64,000 nucleotides of DNA from Lepidodermella squamata (lineage: Eukaryota > Animalia > Gastrotricha): the NCBI GenBank assembly GCA_047495785.1, contig JBLDXI010000003.1, forward strand, positions 372,001-436,000, in the 5' to 3' direction. Both the position numbers and the translations under genes were made by a program. Of the stretch, positions 1 through 10,449 are shown piece after piece (within the stretch, counting starts at the first letter, position 1; each line of letters opens with the position of its first letter). The notes under the pieces are model-generated. The model made no database searches. It was not told the DNA's origin and saw only the letters and a list, made by a program, of their open reading frames with translations.

Positions 1-203
1 GCAGTGGATTCGCACTGTCCTGGGCGACAGCGAGGTTAACAAGCAATGTCCTCTCTGTAGGCGGCGTATAGTTATCAGGTTAAAATTTTTCCTATACTTA
101 CATTTATCGCAGTAAATATATGCTTTTTCAAGGGAAATCATCAAGTTGAGGCTACAAGATGGCGATGATTCCGATTCTGGATCGGAACTCGGCGAAAGTG
201 AAG
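1..203 (+). CDS. 3' part of a RING-finger-like coding sequence (two exons, ~1-78 and ~133-203), directly upstream of the MULE transposase exons
   Basis: Frame reads QWIRTVLGDSEVNKQCPLCRRRIVI, the W...CPLCR tail of RING domains; a GT-AG intron is followed by EIIKLRLQDGDDSDSGSELGESE. The 5' part lies outside the window. Confidence 0.55.
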
Positions 204-545
204 GCTTTCAACCATATTTAACTATATAAATAATTTTTGTAGAATAAGTTAACCAGAATGAATTTAATTTTTTTAATTGTTCAATTTAATTTTAAAATTG
301 TTAAATTTTTTAAAAATTTTAAAAATTTATTAAAATTAAAATTAAAATTTAATTTATTATTATTATTATTTTTTATTTTCTAGCATTTATTGACTTCAAT
401 ATTTTCAATGATCCTTTTTCGAACTTGAATTGATTCAATTCTATTAAATTTTTCCATTTTTTTATTTTTTTTGAATATGTTTTCAAATGTTTTTTCAAAT
501 TTTTCAAATTTTTCAAAATTAATCTTTTTAATATCCAATTTCAGC

Positions 546-1909
546 AACGAGCAGGAGTTACTAGTGAAAGAACCAGAAACGTCCTTCAAAGTGAAACTCT
601 TGGGTTACCGGACGATGCTGTTCTCGACATGCCAAGTCGAACCGCCCAGTTGCGAATGGCACAACGAGCAAGGCGCCGTAGCAGGGTCACATCAAGCAAT
701 GCTCCCACAAGCTTGGCTGCTATCGAGATTCCCGTTGAGTTATCTACCACGCATGCCGATGAGCCATTCGTACTACACGATTCCGGACCAGCTGATCCGC
801 GTCGTTTCTTCCTCTTCGGCACACGACGTAGTCTGTCATGGATCCACACCTACCGAAACCTCGCTGCTGATGGCACATTCAAGGTTTGCCCAGGGCTGTT
901 CGCGCAGCTTTTCACGATTCACGTTGTTCTTGCGATGGGTCTTGTCGTGCCCGCTCTTTTCGCCTTGCTTCCCGATCGCACCCGGGCCACTTACGATCGC
1001 CTGTTTACCGTTGTGCGCGACTTACTTGTCAGCGAACAGGGTGAGAGTGAGCAACCGCTAACCATGATCATGGACTTTGAACGGGCCAGCCGGTCATCAA
1101 TCGTGGAAATTTTCCGCAACATTGTCCTTGCGGGCTGTTTCTTCCACTTGGCCCAATGCCTAATAAAACAGGTTAGCATTTGAAATCCATTTCTAAGCTT
1201 CAAACAACTTAACGATTTTAGGTACGGAGGTATCACCTTTGCCGCGCGTACAATCGGTCTGCTGCCCTGCGGAAAGCCGTTCGTATGCTACCCGCTCTGG
1301 CATTTCTTCCCTCGCATCGCGTTTCCAGTGCTTTTGACATGCTCGATGATAATATCGCGGAGCTCCTTGTGGAGTTTCCGCGCTTGGCGGATGTCTATGA
1401 TTATTTCCGTCGGAATTTCGTCGGCTACCACCAGCATGGTTACCACCCCCCGCGATATCGTGTCAGCGACTGGAACCAATTCGATCGAGTCCGGTTCGTA
1501 AGCATTTATTTCTGTCACTAATTTTTGCTTAATTGTGTCAACTTAAAATAGTCAGCGGCTGCCGAGATCTGACGCCAGCTTGGAAGGATGGCACTTTGCA
1601 ATCCAGGCTTTGCTGGGCGCTCACCCACAGTTTTACGTCTTTGTCGAGCGCCTGCGAAATGAGGCGAACTGGGCGAATCAAACAGTTCAACTTTTCCGCA
1701 ACGGCGCCCGGATTCAACGAGCGAGAAACGCCGAATACCAGCGCCTCGACGACAACCTTCAGCGCCTCGTAAGCCGCTACGAGAACGAAAGCGACACCTG
1801 GACGGATGACCAGCTTCTTCAGTACATCGGAGCTGCAAGCCGCTGCTTCCGGACTGATGAAGTAGACGATGCCGACGATGGAAACGGCGGTCATGAAGAC
1901 TCCGATTAA
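546..1909 (+). CDS. MULE/Mutator-family DDE transposase (exons ~546-1171, ~1222-1493, 1551-1909; 5' exons not seen)
   Basis: Motifs ADGTFKVCP, LFTIH, P-x-x-FALLP, IMDFE, GCFFH and LPRSDASLEGWH; the GT-AG introns join the exons in one open frame. Confidence 0.9.
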
Positions 1910-2389
1910 GACTGCGGAGCACTGCTATCTCTCTTTAGCGTTATCAGACTTTAATTGTAATTAATGGTTAACTAATTAATACACGTTAACTCGATTTTCG
2001 ATTAAGTTTTTCCTGGTTCAAATTTATGCCTGACGTTGTAGTTGTAACAATCTTTCTAAGAATTCAAAATAAAAGCGCTTGCAACAGGTTTTGCCCTTAT
2101 TATAATTTTATGGAGTCATGAAGTCGGAAAGGAACTTCAGTAAAATTTGTAATTAGGGCTGAATTATCGCTGGCTAAAATGTCGAATGCGGAAATGTCGT
2201 CTTTGAAATAATTATTTTGGGCTGAAACGTCGCTCGCTGAATTGTCGCGGCTAAAATGTCGCTCTTTTTCATTTAAATTTTGGCTCTAATGTCGCGGGCT
2301 GAATTGTCTTTCGGCTCAATTGACGGGACTGAAAAGTCGGGGCTGAAAAGTCGTAACCAAAAAGTCGCGGGCCGAAATGTCATACGACC

Positions 2390-5300
2390 GCTTGGGGGCT
2401 TGGCTGAAACTCGAGCCTAATGGAAAAATGGTGATGACGTGGAGGAAAGTTATTGATTCAATTGGCCCAAGCCCACCGCCATTCAATGACAGCCTAAATA
2501 CCCGTTTCTTTGACCCCAATTGCAATCTGTCGAGCAATTTGAACTCATCAGGCCTCGCCAAGCTTCGATTCATCTACCAAAACGTCATGGATATTTTAAC
2601 GGTATGTAGAACAAGGATTTATCACGTAGTTTAAACTTTCTTCGATCAGGTATCGGTGGTTCCGGTGTCGGGAGGGCCATCCTGTTCTGCTAGGATCAGT
2701 TTTTCTGGGTTTATTCTGTTCATGGGCCTGCAAATGACATCAGCTGCTATGCGACCACGATTCTACGCTATCAACGGTGCAGACGGGGATGTTCTTATTA
2801 AAAAGATGTAAGGGGACTTTTTGAAAGGAGTTGTAATGAACCAAGTTTGGAGATGGTCCCATGCTGGATACTTACATTAGAATGGGAGACGGGAAGACAT
2901 AATGAATTCATCTCTAGTAACTATATCGAGTTCTTGCCTTGCTCTGTAGGTATTTCTGGGCACTGACAGACGATAACCCTCCGAAGCCGGATTTGTTCAC
3001 GATGGCTTTGCCTACAAATGACACAGAAGTGCGGTATTCCGGCTACGTCAGCGCAGACTACACCGGCGAGTTTATAATGACCACAAGATATACCGGACCA
3101 AGCAGTGGAGGAGTTTACTCTCTTATAAGAAATGGAACACAGTCTGCGAATTTTTTCCTATACGTGAGTAGTTGATTTCTTCAAGTTGACACTGATCACG
3201 AAGTCATTCCTTTAGGGGTTCGACTTGTTTTCCAATTATTTCAATAATTGGAGATTTGAGATTGACCTCGACGTGAAATGCAGTACGGATGGATCGCCGA
3301 CTTGGCTCGGCTTGAATTTCAACCTCGGCACCTCTCGTCCTACTTTTAGTAAGTTTCAAAAAAACCTCTTGAAACCTCTAGCCCATAATTGATGCTTTTC
3401 CAAGCAAAATCAAACATAACCAACGAGGTCAATGGAGTTTCTGAGTTGTACGGCTTCAGTCTCTGGCAAGTTCTAGCGGCAAGCAGAGGCGAATTTTACG
3501 CTGCCTACTACGCGAATCGGACGCTGAAACTGTCACTGCCACCAACAGCGAATGCTCCAACCGTTCCGGGTTGTGGCGATGCAAGCCTTTTCGATTCATC
3601 TGGCAACGCAAGTTATCGAGTTGTTCTTCAACACATGGGTGATGCTGTTAACGTAAGTTAACATTTCTCTTCAATCGCTTTTTTACTCCCCGGTCTCATT
3701 TTGAACAACAAAATTCATTACTTTTGACCTAATTTCTCAATAATTCGCAAAACACTGTTTTTCACCCAGCGACACTTTGTTCGTGTCATGGTGACACCGG
3801 CATATCGAAAGATAAACACTTAGGATAGACGTGGACACTAGAGCTCAATCGATTCCGTACTTACCTTCGATTGTTTGAGAGAAATGAGAAAAATGCATTT
3901 TAAAGTGCACTTAGCAGTTTTCATTCGGCGTTTTTGCACCCTAAAACAGGACATTTCACCCTTCAAGTTGACACGGGGTTCGCAGAGTTGAACAGATCAC
4001 TCGAAGGACATTGCCCACTGTTATATTCTAATAGCTATCAGCTATCACATCTAAAATAAATATATCTCAGGAATTTTGAGTGAAAATTTGCCTTTCGAAC
4101 TTCAAAAGTGTATATAAGCTAATTTTGCTTAGATGGACTGAACATGAATGAAAACAATTAAAAACAGAATATGATTACAAAAAATTGGTCATTAATTTAA
4201 CATTCTTCGAGTCTGCTGAAATTTTGTTCGAGGATAACTGATCAATATGTTTCCATTAGGTTTCATTAGCAAAGCTGCCAGGCAGCGGTCAAAGCCAAAC
4301 TTACTCCTGTTTCAATAACTTTCAAGTACCCGGCTTCCGTGCAAACGCTCTGTCGAACGCAATGTCCTTGAGCATTATAGGGAGCGAGTCCACCTCCCAT
4401 CTCTCCTCCTGGTCCCCTTACAACCGCGTAAGCGAACACGGAGTGTGTGTCGGCCATGGTGGCTCAAAGGTTAGAGCCGTGCCTTCTCAGAAAGGCAGCC
4501 CGGGTTCAATCCCCGGGTACGACACTTTTCGAGCACTCGTGTAGCGCGTTACAAGCATCAACGCAGCCGGAAAATTTGACACTATCATATCGATTAGAAA
4601 AGGGTTTGAACCATAACAGTCGACTTTTTAGTTATTAAAGTCGAAGGTTTTTTTAAAGGCTGTTTTGGCTGCTGAGTGATACCAACATTTCCACCCCCAC
4701 AACATTGGTTGAAACAACGACACTGTCAACAGGAACGCCATCGATTTCTTCACCCACGAGTACTCAAACATCCGTGACAACTCGAAATTCTAGCCAGTTT
4801 CAAACTCCCACAAGAAGTAACACCGTCGCTTCAACCACTATCACTGGGACTTCTACTCCGGTACCTGGAACATCACCCCTCTCGCCAGCCGTGAGCACAC
4901 AAACAACAATATCCGTTACAACACGAACTTTGGTAACTTCTAGCCAAACACAAGCACCAAGATTGCTTACTAAAGCAGCAGCACAGTCACCGGACAGATC
5001 TCCTATCCCTGATGCAGTCGATGGGAATTACGATCCTGTAGTTAAATTCGGCGATATCGAGAAATGTCCATTCTTAGAATCTGACCGTCGTTCGCCTCAG
5101 CCGAACACCTCAGTGTTTCTCACGTTCTCCATTGACAAGCTCGTGGACATAGACCAAGCTCACAGCGAAATATCGTTATGGGGCTCTCTTCTCACGCAAT
5201 GGATCGTTGAATATTGCAGTGAAACCTATACAGCACCGGGCGTAGACTTGAACGAGAGAATCATCCCGGCTGATAACATGAATTTCTGGAAGCCTAAAAT

Positions 5301-6102
5301 TGCTCTACCCAATTCTAGCCATAACATGTATCTCAACGGCTTGGACTACGGTGAGAAAACTCAGATAATCTTCTACGCCTCGAGTCCTAATAGAACTCTG
5401 TACTTTCATTGGGACCGAGTTGGGACTTTCACATCGGCTTGCAGTATGGACCTGTCCGCCTTTCCGTTCGACTCGCAGGCTTGCGAATTCACATTTTTGA
5501 TGGACGAGCCGGCTGCCTATGTAGCTATCGCTGGAGTTTACATTCGAGCTTATTCCTCCCTGTCCAATGGCATTTGGACCATGGTAAATTCGAAGACCAG
5601 CAAAGGAACTTGCGCATCGCCATCTCGAACTGGAGCGCCCGTTTCATTTGGCAAGATCGTTTTGACTTACAAACGAGATCCGACCTACTACGTGGTCAAT
5701 TTGATAGTACCTTGCTATCTCCTAATCGCTTTGGCTCTAGGCTCCTTAGTCATGAAGCCTGGAGTTCCAGACCGGCCTGTTCTTTGCTCGACCGTGATGT
5801 TAGCGTTAGTTGTGGCTCAATCAGATGCTCTCAGTAGCGTTTCCCAGACTTCGAAACAGCTTTTGTACACGAATTATGTGCTGATGCTGTCGGCTGTTGT
5901 AGCTGGGATAACCATCTACGAAATTCTGTTGACAGCTCTTTTCGATAGGTCTTGCTGTGGAATACTGTTGATTAATGCTGAGATCACTATTGCGAAACGA
6001 TATAGCGTTTCTTTGCTGAGACTCATCGATGCGTTGGCGTTTCTTGCTGCTTTCGAAGCTCTACTTGGCATAAATTTATATCTGGCTATCGTTATCATGT
6101 GA
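2390..6102 (+). CDS. Cys-loop (pentameric) ligand-gated ion channel subunit with two extra N-terminal beta-rich domains and a Ser/Thr-rich stalk; exons 2390-2601, 2650-2807, 2950-3163, 3216-3348, 3405-3652, 4260-4411, 4659-6102; 5' end interrupted by the MULE
   Basis: The last exon has FWKPKI, the Cys-loop CSMDLSAFPFDSQAC, KRDPTYYVVNLIVP and four hydrophobic helices, preceded by ~100 aa of T/S/P-rich sequence. The upstream exons join in frame through GT-AG introns; the donor at 4412 (GTCCCC) is weak. Confidence 0.8.
4449..4530 (+). pseudogene. tRNA-derived sequence (tRNA pseudogene or SINE head) in an intron
   Basis: A box TGGCTCAAAGG, B box GGTTCAATCCC, D and T stems pair and TTTT follows, but the acceptor stem pairs poorly and the anticodon loop is irregular. 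Confidence 0.55.
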
Positions 6103-6433
6103 AATTGTTATTCACTGTGATTTCTTATTATTCCTTGCAATTATTAGCAAGACTTTATGCATCGATGTAGCATCGATAAAATTCCATTAGGTGATGAGAT
6201 TGCTGTGTTTCATTGAATTTCCGTGAGTTCCGCATTTACCAAGTGCTACTCGGTATCTAAATAAATGTTGTCAACAATTTTGCTTGCACGAGACCATTTA
6301 CTGGTAAATACTGGTCTTCGAAAATCGGATTTCCCATCTGATGTACTGCCTAAGCACTCATTATCTTGACGATTACTATACCATAATGCCGTGGATCGAG
6401 CGCAGGCGAAGGGCAAACGTGATGTGATAAATT

Positions 6434-6545
6434 CAGTGCGCAAAGTAGGATTATAGGAACTGGGATATTTCGGGCCCTGATGGGGAACTGATAAGAAAGG
6501 TCATAATTATCATAAAACATAAAACCCCCGGTACTTCGAGCGCTG
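6434..6545. mobile_element. hAT-type MITE (CAGTGCGCGAAGTA family)
   Basis: Ends CAGTGCGCAAAGTA...TACTTCGAGCGCTG, with similarity to the copy at 32270-32441; the flanking 8-mers are decayed. Confidence 0.6.
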
Positions 6546-6974
6546 GGTGAATCGTCTGAGATAATACGAGTTGGGGAGAGTAGTAAAGGGAAAGAAAGGA
6601 GAGCAATGTTAATGCTGCGATTTTATTTTTTGTTACCATAAAATAGATAACTAAACAGACGTACTAAAGGTAAATTCGTGAGTCGGGACATCAGAAAACA
6701 CATGAATGTTAGGTAAACATGAGGGTCTTATGATGAAAACAGAACTAGGAGAGAGGTGGAGTTATAACTAAATTCGAACCATGTGTGCTTAAAAGACAGT
6801 CATTCGTTCCAGAATCGTCTTCCATGTGTCGTGCATCTTCAAAAATAGCCGCCATTAACAAATGTTTGGCTTTCTCACAAAAAGCGAAGGCGTAGTCGTG
6901 CTCCGAGGTTAGCCAGAGGTTAATATAAAGGCGCTCATTCATATAAATGGCTGTGCTGTTTGCAGCAGTTAACA

Positions 6975-7380
6975 ATGGGAGCAATGTGCTATAAATACGC
7001 ATTAGTTGTTGCAGTAATTATGGCCGCCAGCTTTCACGTGAGCCGAGCCCTAACTTGCGTTTCTTCGACAAGTGGAACTTGCACCACATCCTCTGGCTGG
7101 TGTTCGGTAAATCTCATATATCGAATCGAAATCTTATTGTGAATGATTACGCTTATTACAGAAAACGATAGTTACTAGGCTTAGCAATACGGTGATTGAC
7201 AAGGATTGCGCATCGAACTGCACGCAAAGCTCGGGAACCGCTGTCACTACGATCGACGTTTACTGTTGCAACACTGCTGATCTTTGCAATACGGCGCTGT
7301 CGACCTACGATTCGAAAACAAGATTATTCTCCATGGCTATTCTGACCGTGTTACTTCTATATTACAACCGATCTCCGTAG
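6975..7380 (+). CDS. Ly6/uPAR three-finger protein, predicted GPI-anchored (exons 6975-7106, 7162-7380)
   Basis: Signal peptide, LTC start, 8 Cys, CCNTADLCN terminal motif and a hydrophobic C-terminal tail. Confidence 0.85.
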
Positions 7381-8016
7381 TTTGATTAGACATTCAATAA
7401 ACCATGGTTTACACACATATTCAAATTGAGCTCAATAGTTCGAAATTATGGTATGCGTACACTCTGCACGCTCCTCTACAGTCTACAGCGATATTGCACT
7501 CAACCCGATGCCCTATTACATAGTTAATTTTACGGTTATGTCCTATATGCGTGCTGTATAAATGTGATGGTGATAAAAAAGCCTTACCCGTGAGGGTTTA
7601 GGGGTCGGCTGACGACGAGAGATCAGCTTCAGGAACAGTCGCGAAAAATCTGCTTTTTCCCATGAATTCATAATTCTCAATGCTGTTACATAAAAGCTGC
7701 CATTCTTCCCGGTCTCTAGCTGTAATTTCCGACAATTCTAAATCCGCAATTTTGTGTATTTCGGTGCGTCGCATTAAAAGGGTTGATTTACGAGTTCGCC
7801 CTCGTTTTTTATTGAAGTTGAAATTCGTTTAAAATTGAGTCTCACGATAAAGCCTATATCAGTAGAACATCTTTGATAATTAAAGCTGAATTTAAGCCAG
7901 CGAGGCTGATTAGGTAAATGACAGTGGGCGAAAATTGTTAGTAATTTTCTTCAGACGCAATTTTGGCGTCAATTTGTACCTACATCTTATCCGTCCCTCT
8001 TTGTAAGAGACTTATA

Positions 8017-8176
8017 CAGGGTGGCCAACAAATTTTGCTGAAGGCGAATTCGATGCGCATCAATTTAATGAGGAGTTCCATTGGCAAAAGAATGCTTGAA
8101 ATTCTTCAACTTCTTGAAACTCCTCAAAATTGATACGCATCGAATTCGCCTTCTGCCCAATTTTTTGGCCACCCTG
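8017..8176. mobile_element. Tc1/mariner-type MITE
   Basis: TA|CAGGGTGGCCAA...TTGGCCACCCTG|TA, with further internal inverted symmetry. Confidence 0.8.
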
Positions 8177-8303
8177 TAAGCTGTAAGTATAAATTTGATA
8201 CAAAGCTTTTATTACACCCCCCCCCCATGCATTATATTGTTGAGTTCCTGAAATTAGGAAAAGTGTGAATAAATTATGCAAAAATGTACAGGGAACAAAA
8301 TAA

Positions 8304-8375
8304 CGCCTTGGCAGGGAATCGAACACTGGACTCCCGCGTGACAGTAGGGATTAATAACCTTTATACTACTATGGA
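8304..8375 (-). pseudogene. Degenerate tRNA-Asp(GTC) copy
   Basis: Minus strand reads TCCATAGTAGTATAAAGGTTATTAATCCCTACTGTCACGCGGGAGTCCAGTGTTCGATTCCCTGCCAAGGCG, resembling eukaryotic tRNA-Asp but with many stem mismatches. Confidence 0.7.
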
Positions 8376-8592
8376 AGAGTTCAACATAGTTTTTGAAGCG
8401 CCTCTTGTGTTCACCTTGCACTTGTGTATATTTTCTCACTATGGCAAGATTTTTTGCGTTGCTTCCATGTTTTAAGTCCGTTGTTAGACTCATTTGTCCG
8501 CTCATTCATTTTTTTTGGTTTAGCGTAACTGCAGCACGTGTGGTTTTTTCGTTTATTCATTTTGAAATTCGATTTAATCAAGCATTTTAAAA

Positions 8593-10449
8593 ATGCGTGT
8601 GAATTCGGAATCAACGGTGTTTGAGTCGAAGTATTCCGTTTGGGAAATTTGTGCATGCTTGTTTGTTACCATTCTTTGTCTCATCGCTATCTGTGATTTC
8701 CTTCACTCAACAAGGGAACAGTCATCACAACCATTCTTATTAGGTCATCGAGGCAATTTATTGTCTCCTCCGGTTCTACTTCATCTCAATCACCTTGCCA
8801 ACTCACCATTTCAGTCCAAGTACAGCCAATTTTACGCTTCATCGATTTTGCACTTTGGAGATGTCACGCGGCTACAGCACGCTCTGCATCGAATTTTCAT
8901 TAGAACGGCGGTGAATCTCAGCTCGTTGCGCCTAGTTATTGTTGGCGAGTCGTCATCTGTACCACACGGCGTCAAACCGGTGAGCATTTTATAATTTCAA
9001 TCGCTTTCATAGTTGGGCCGCAGAACTGATGGGGTTACCAACATCGACATAAGGGTCCCTCGCCCCTTTGGTTTTCGACTGAGCTCACCTTACGGACCTT
9101 ACGGATGAAACTGGTAGGGATTATCCCTACCATCCCTACGTTATTCGCTCTCTGATCGCTTTATTATTTCACTTTGCACTTTGTCACAGGAAGAGACGGC
9201 GTTCCACTTGCTGTGCAATTGGCTGAATTCAACATTGCTCGAAGTCGGTTTTCATGCAACTTGTGAAAATTACGCACTAAGAGCTACGCCCAGGTTTGAT
9301 TGCCATAGAAGCTATATTTCCGTTCGCTTTTATAGCTCTTGTCTATATAGCCTGTTTTTCGCCTACTGTCATTCCTCGCTTTTCGACGCCCGCGAAGTCG
9401 ACGTGGTGCTAATTCAGGAGACATGGAACATTGACATCTCACCAAATGATGAGCAGCCCAGAACAGCTCCCAGCCCAATCGGCCTTCTTATTGATTCGCT
9501 GCGCCGAGTGAATCCTGCTATTCAAATAATCATGTTCGACTTCCCAGAAACCCGACCGATAAGTCGTCCATCGGCGCTCCTTCCTGATAGTAACTACGCC
9601 GCGAACGCGCAAGCTGCCAAGAATTTTGATGTTCCTTTGATCGGGCCGATTGGAATTACGACCAATTACCCCAAGTGGACTGCAAATGTAACAGTACCGG
9701 GGAAGCTGTTTTTAGGTCTGTGTTTTAATAGTATAGCTCAATTTTTAAATGCCACATTTAAAACTGTACTTTCAGGTTACTACGTTGCACACGACAAGCT
9801 ACATCCTGGAATTCACACGCATGCTATGCTCGCTGAATATCTGGTCCACTTTTTCAAACTAACAGTGCGAAACCTGATAGAATCAAGTGAGCTTCCAATA
9901 CTTATTCCTTGGAGCTTCAAGACAAACGGTTCAGCCGAGTGCTTTTTGGACTACCAAAGCCATGAAGGTCGAAGTAGCAATCGGTCAGGTTTCGTCGCCC
10001 CACTCAGTGCGAAAAGGCGAGCCGATGAACGGATTTGGCTCTCGTCCTTTATCTTCGGGCCTGGGGAATTGCTGAGATTCAATTTGACAGCTTCTACCAA
10101 AACTATTCAGAATTGTTGTGCTAGCAACATGTCCTCAGGATGTTGCTATCTGCCTCGTTTCGGAATAACCCATCGTATGCTGAGTAAATCAAGGATGGTT
10201 CGAACATCTTATGCAGTGAGGGCAACTGCATATTTCTCGAATGGCGCAAGTTATTCGGTGAATCAAACTATTTTATCCAGAGGCAAATGGCACACGGTTT
10301 CAAATTCTGATGAAAACGCTCACATGCAAGTGCCCTGCTCGAAGGTTGAAGGCTTGACTATTAACAATGCTGATGTTGTGTTGGAGTCTGCGAAAGCTAA
10401 TCGCTACAGAACACGTGTTAACGGATTGATTATGATTTACAAATGCTGA
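8593..10449 (+). CDS. Membrane-anchored SGNH/GDSL-fold esterase/acyltransferase-like protein, copy A (4 exons, apparently intact)
   Basis: N-terminal signal anchor; block I VIVGESSS, block II NYALRATP, block III DVVLIQETWN, block V HDKLHP; Cys-rich C-terminal domain ending IYKC. Confidence 0.75.
9011..9153. mobile_element. Short hAT-like repeat fragment in intron 1 of copy A; related inverted copy at 15779-15906
   Basis: The reverse complement begins CAGAGAGCGAA and contains the hairpin GGTAGGGATAATCCCTACC; it aligns by eye with 15779-15906. Confidence 0.6.

Larger units (their letters stand above)
1..2389 (+). mobile_element. Mutator-like DNA transposon, right portion; right TIR built from tandem ~GCTGAAATGTCG repeats (~2155-2389)
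   Basis: Transposase plus a subterminal repeat array ending ...CATACGACC at 2389. Host coding sequence (LGAWLKLEPNGKMVMTWR) resumes immediately after and aligns with the uninterrupted paralogue at ~61950-62010. The left end and TSD are outside the window. Confidence 0.8.

Noticed and set aside
2155-2389. Short spaced repeats here and at 26370-26505 and 27030-27160 that superficially resemble a CRISPR array
   Set aside because: Units are 7-12 bp, degenerate and irregularly spaced, lie in MULE TIRs, and the context is eukaryotic with no cas genes.
4449-4530. Functional tRNA-Leu(CAG)
   Set aside because: The acceptor stem is mismatched, the anticodon loop is irregular and there is no long variable arm.
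6246-6639. Minus-strand ORFs with a signal-peptide-like start
   Set aside because: They run through a hAT MITE and show no recognisable domain.
9021-9115. Possible hammerhead ribozyme (CTGATGG...GAAAC)
   Set aside because: The core deviates from CUGANGA, the stems cannot be built, and the region is explained as a MITE fragment.
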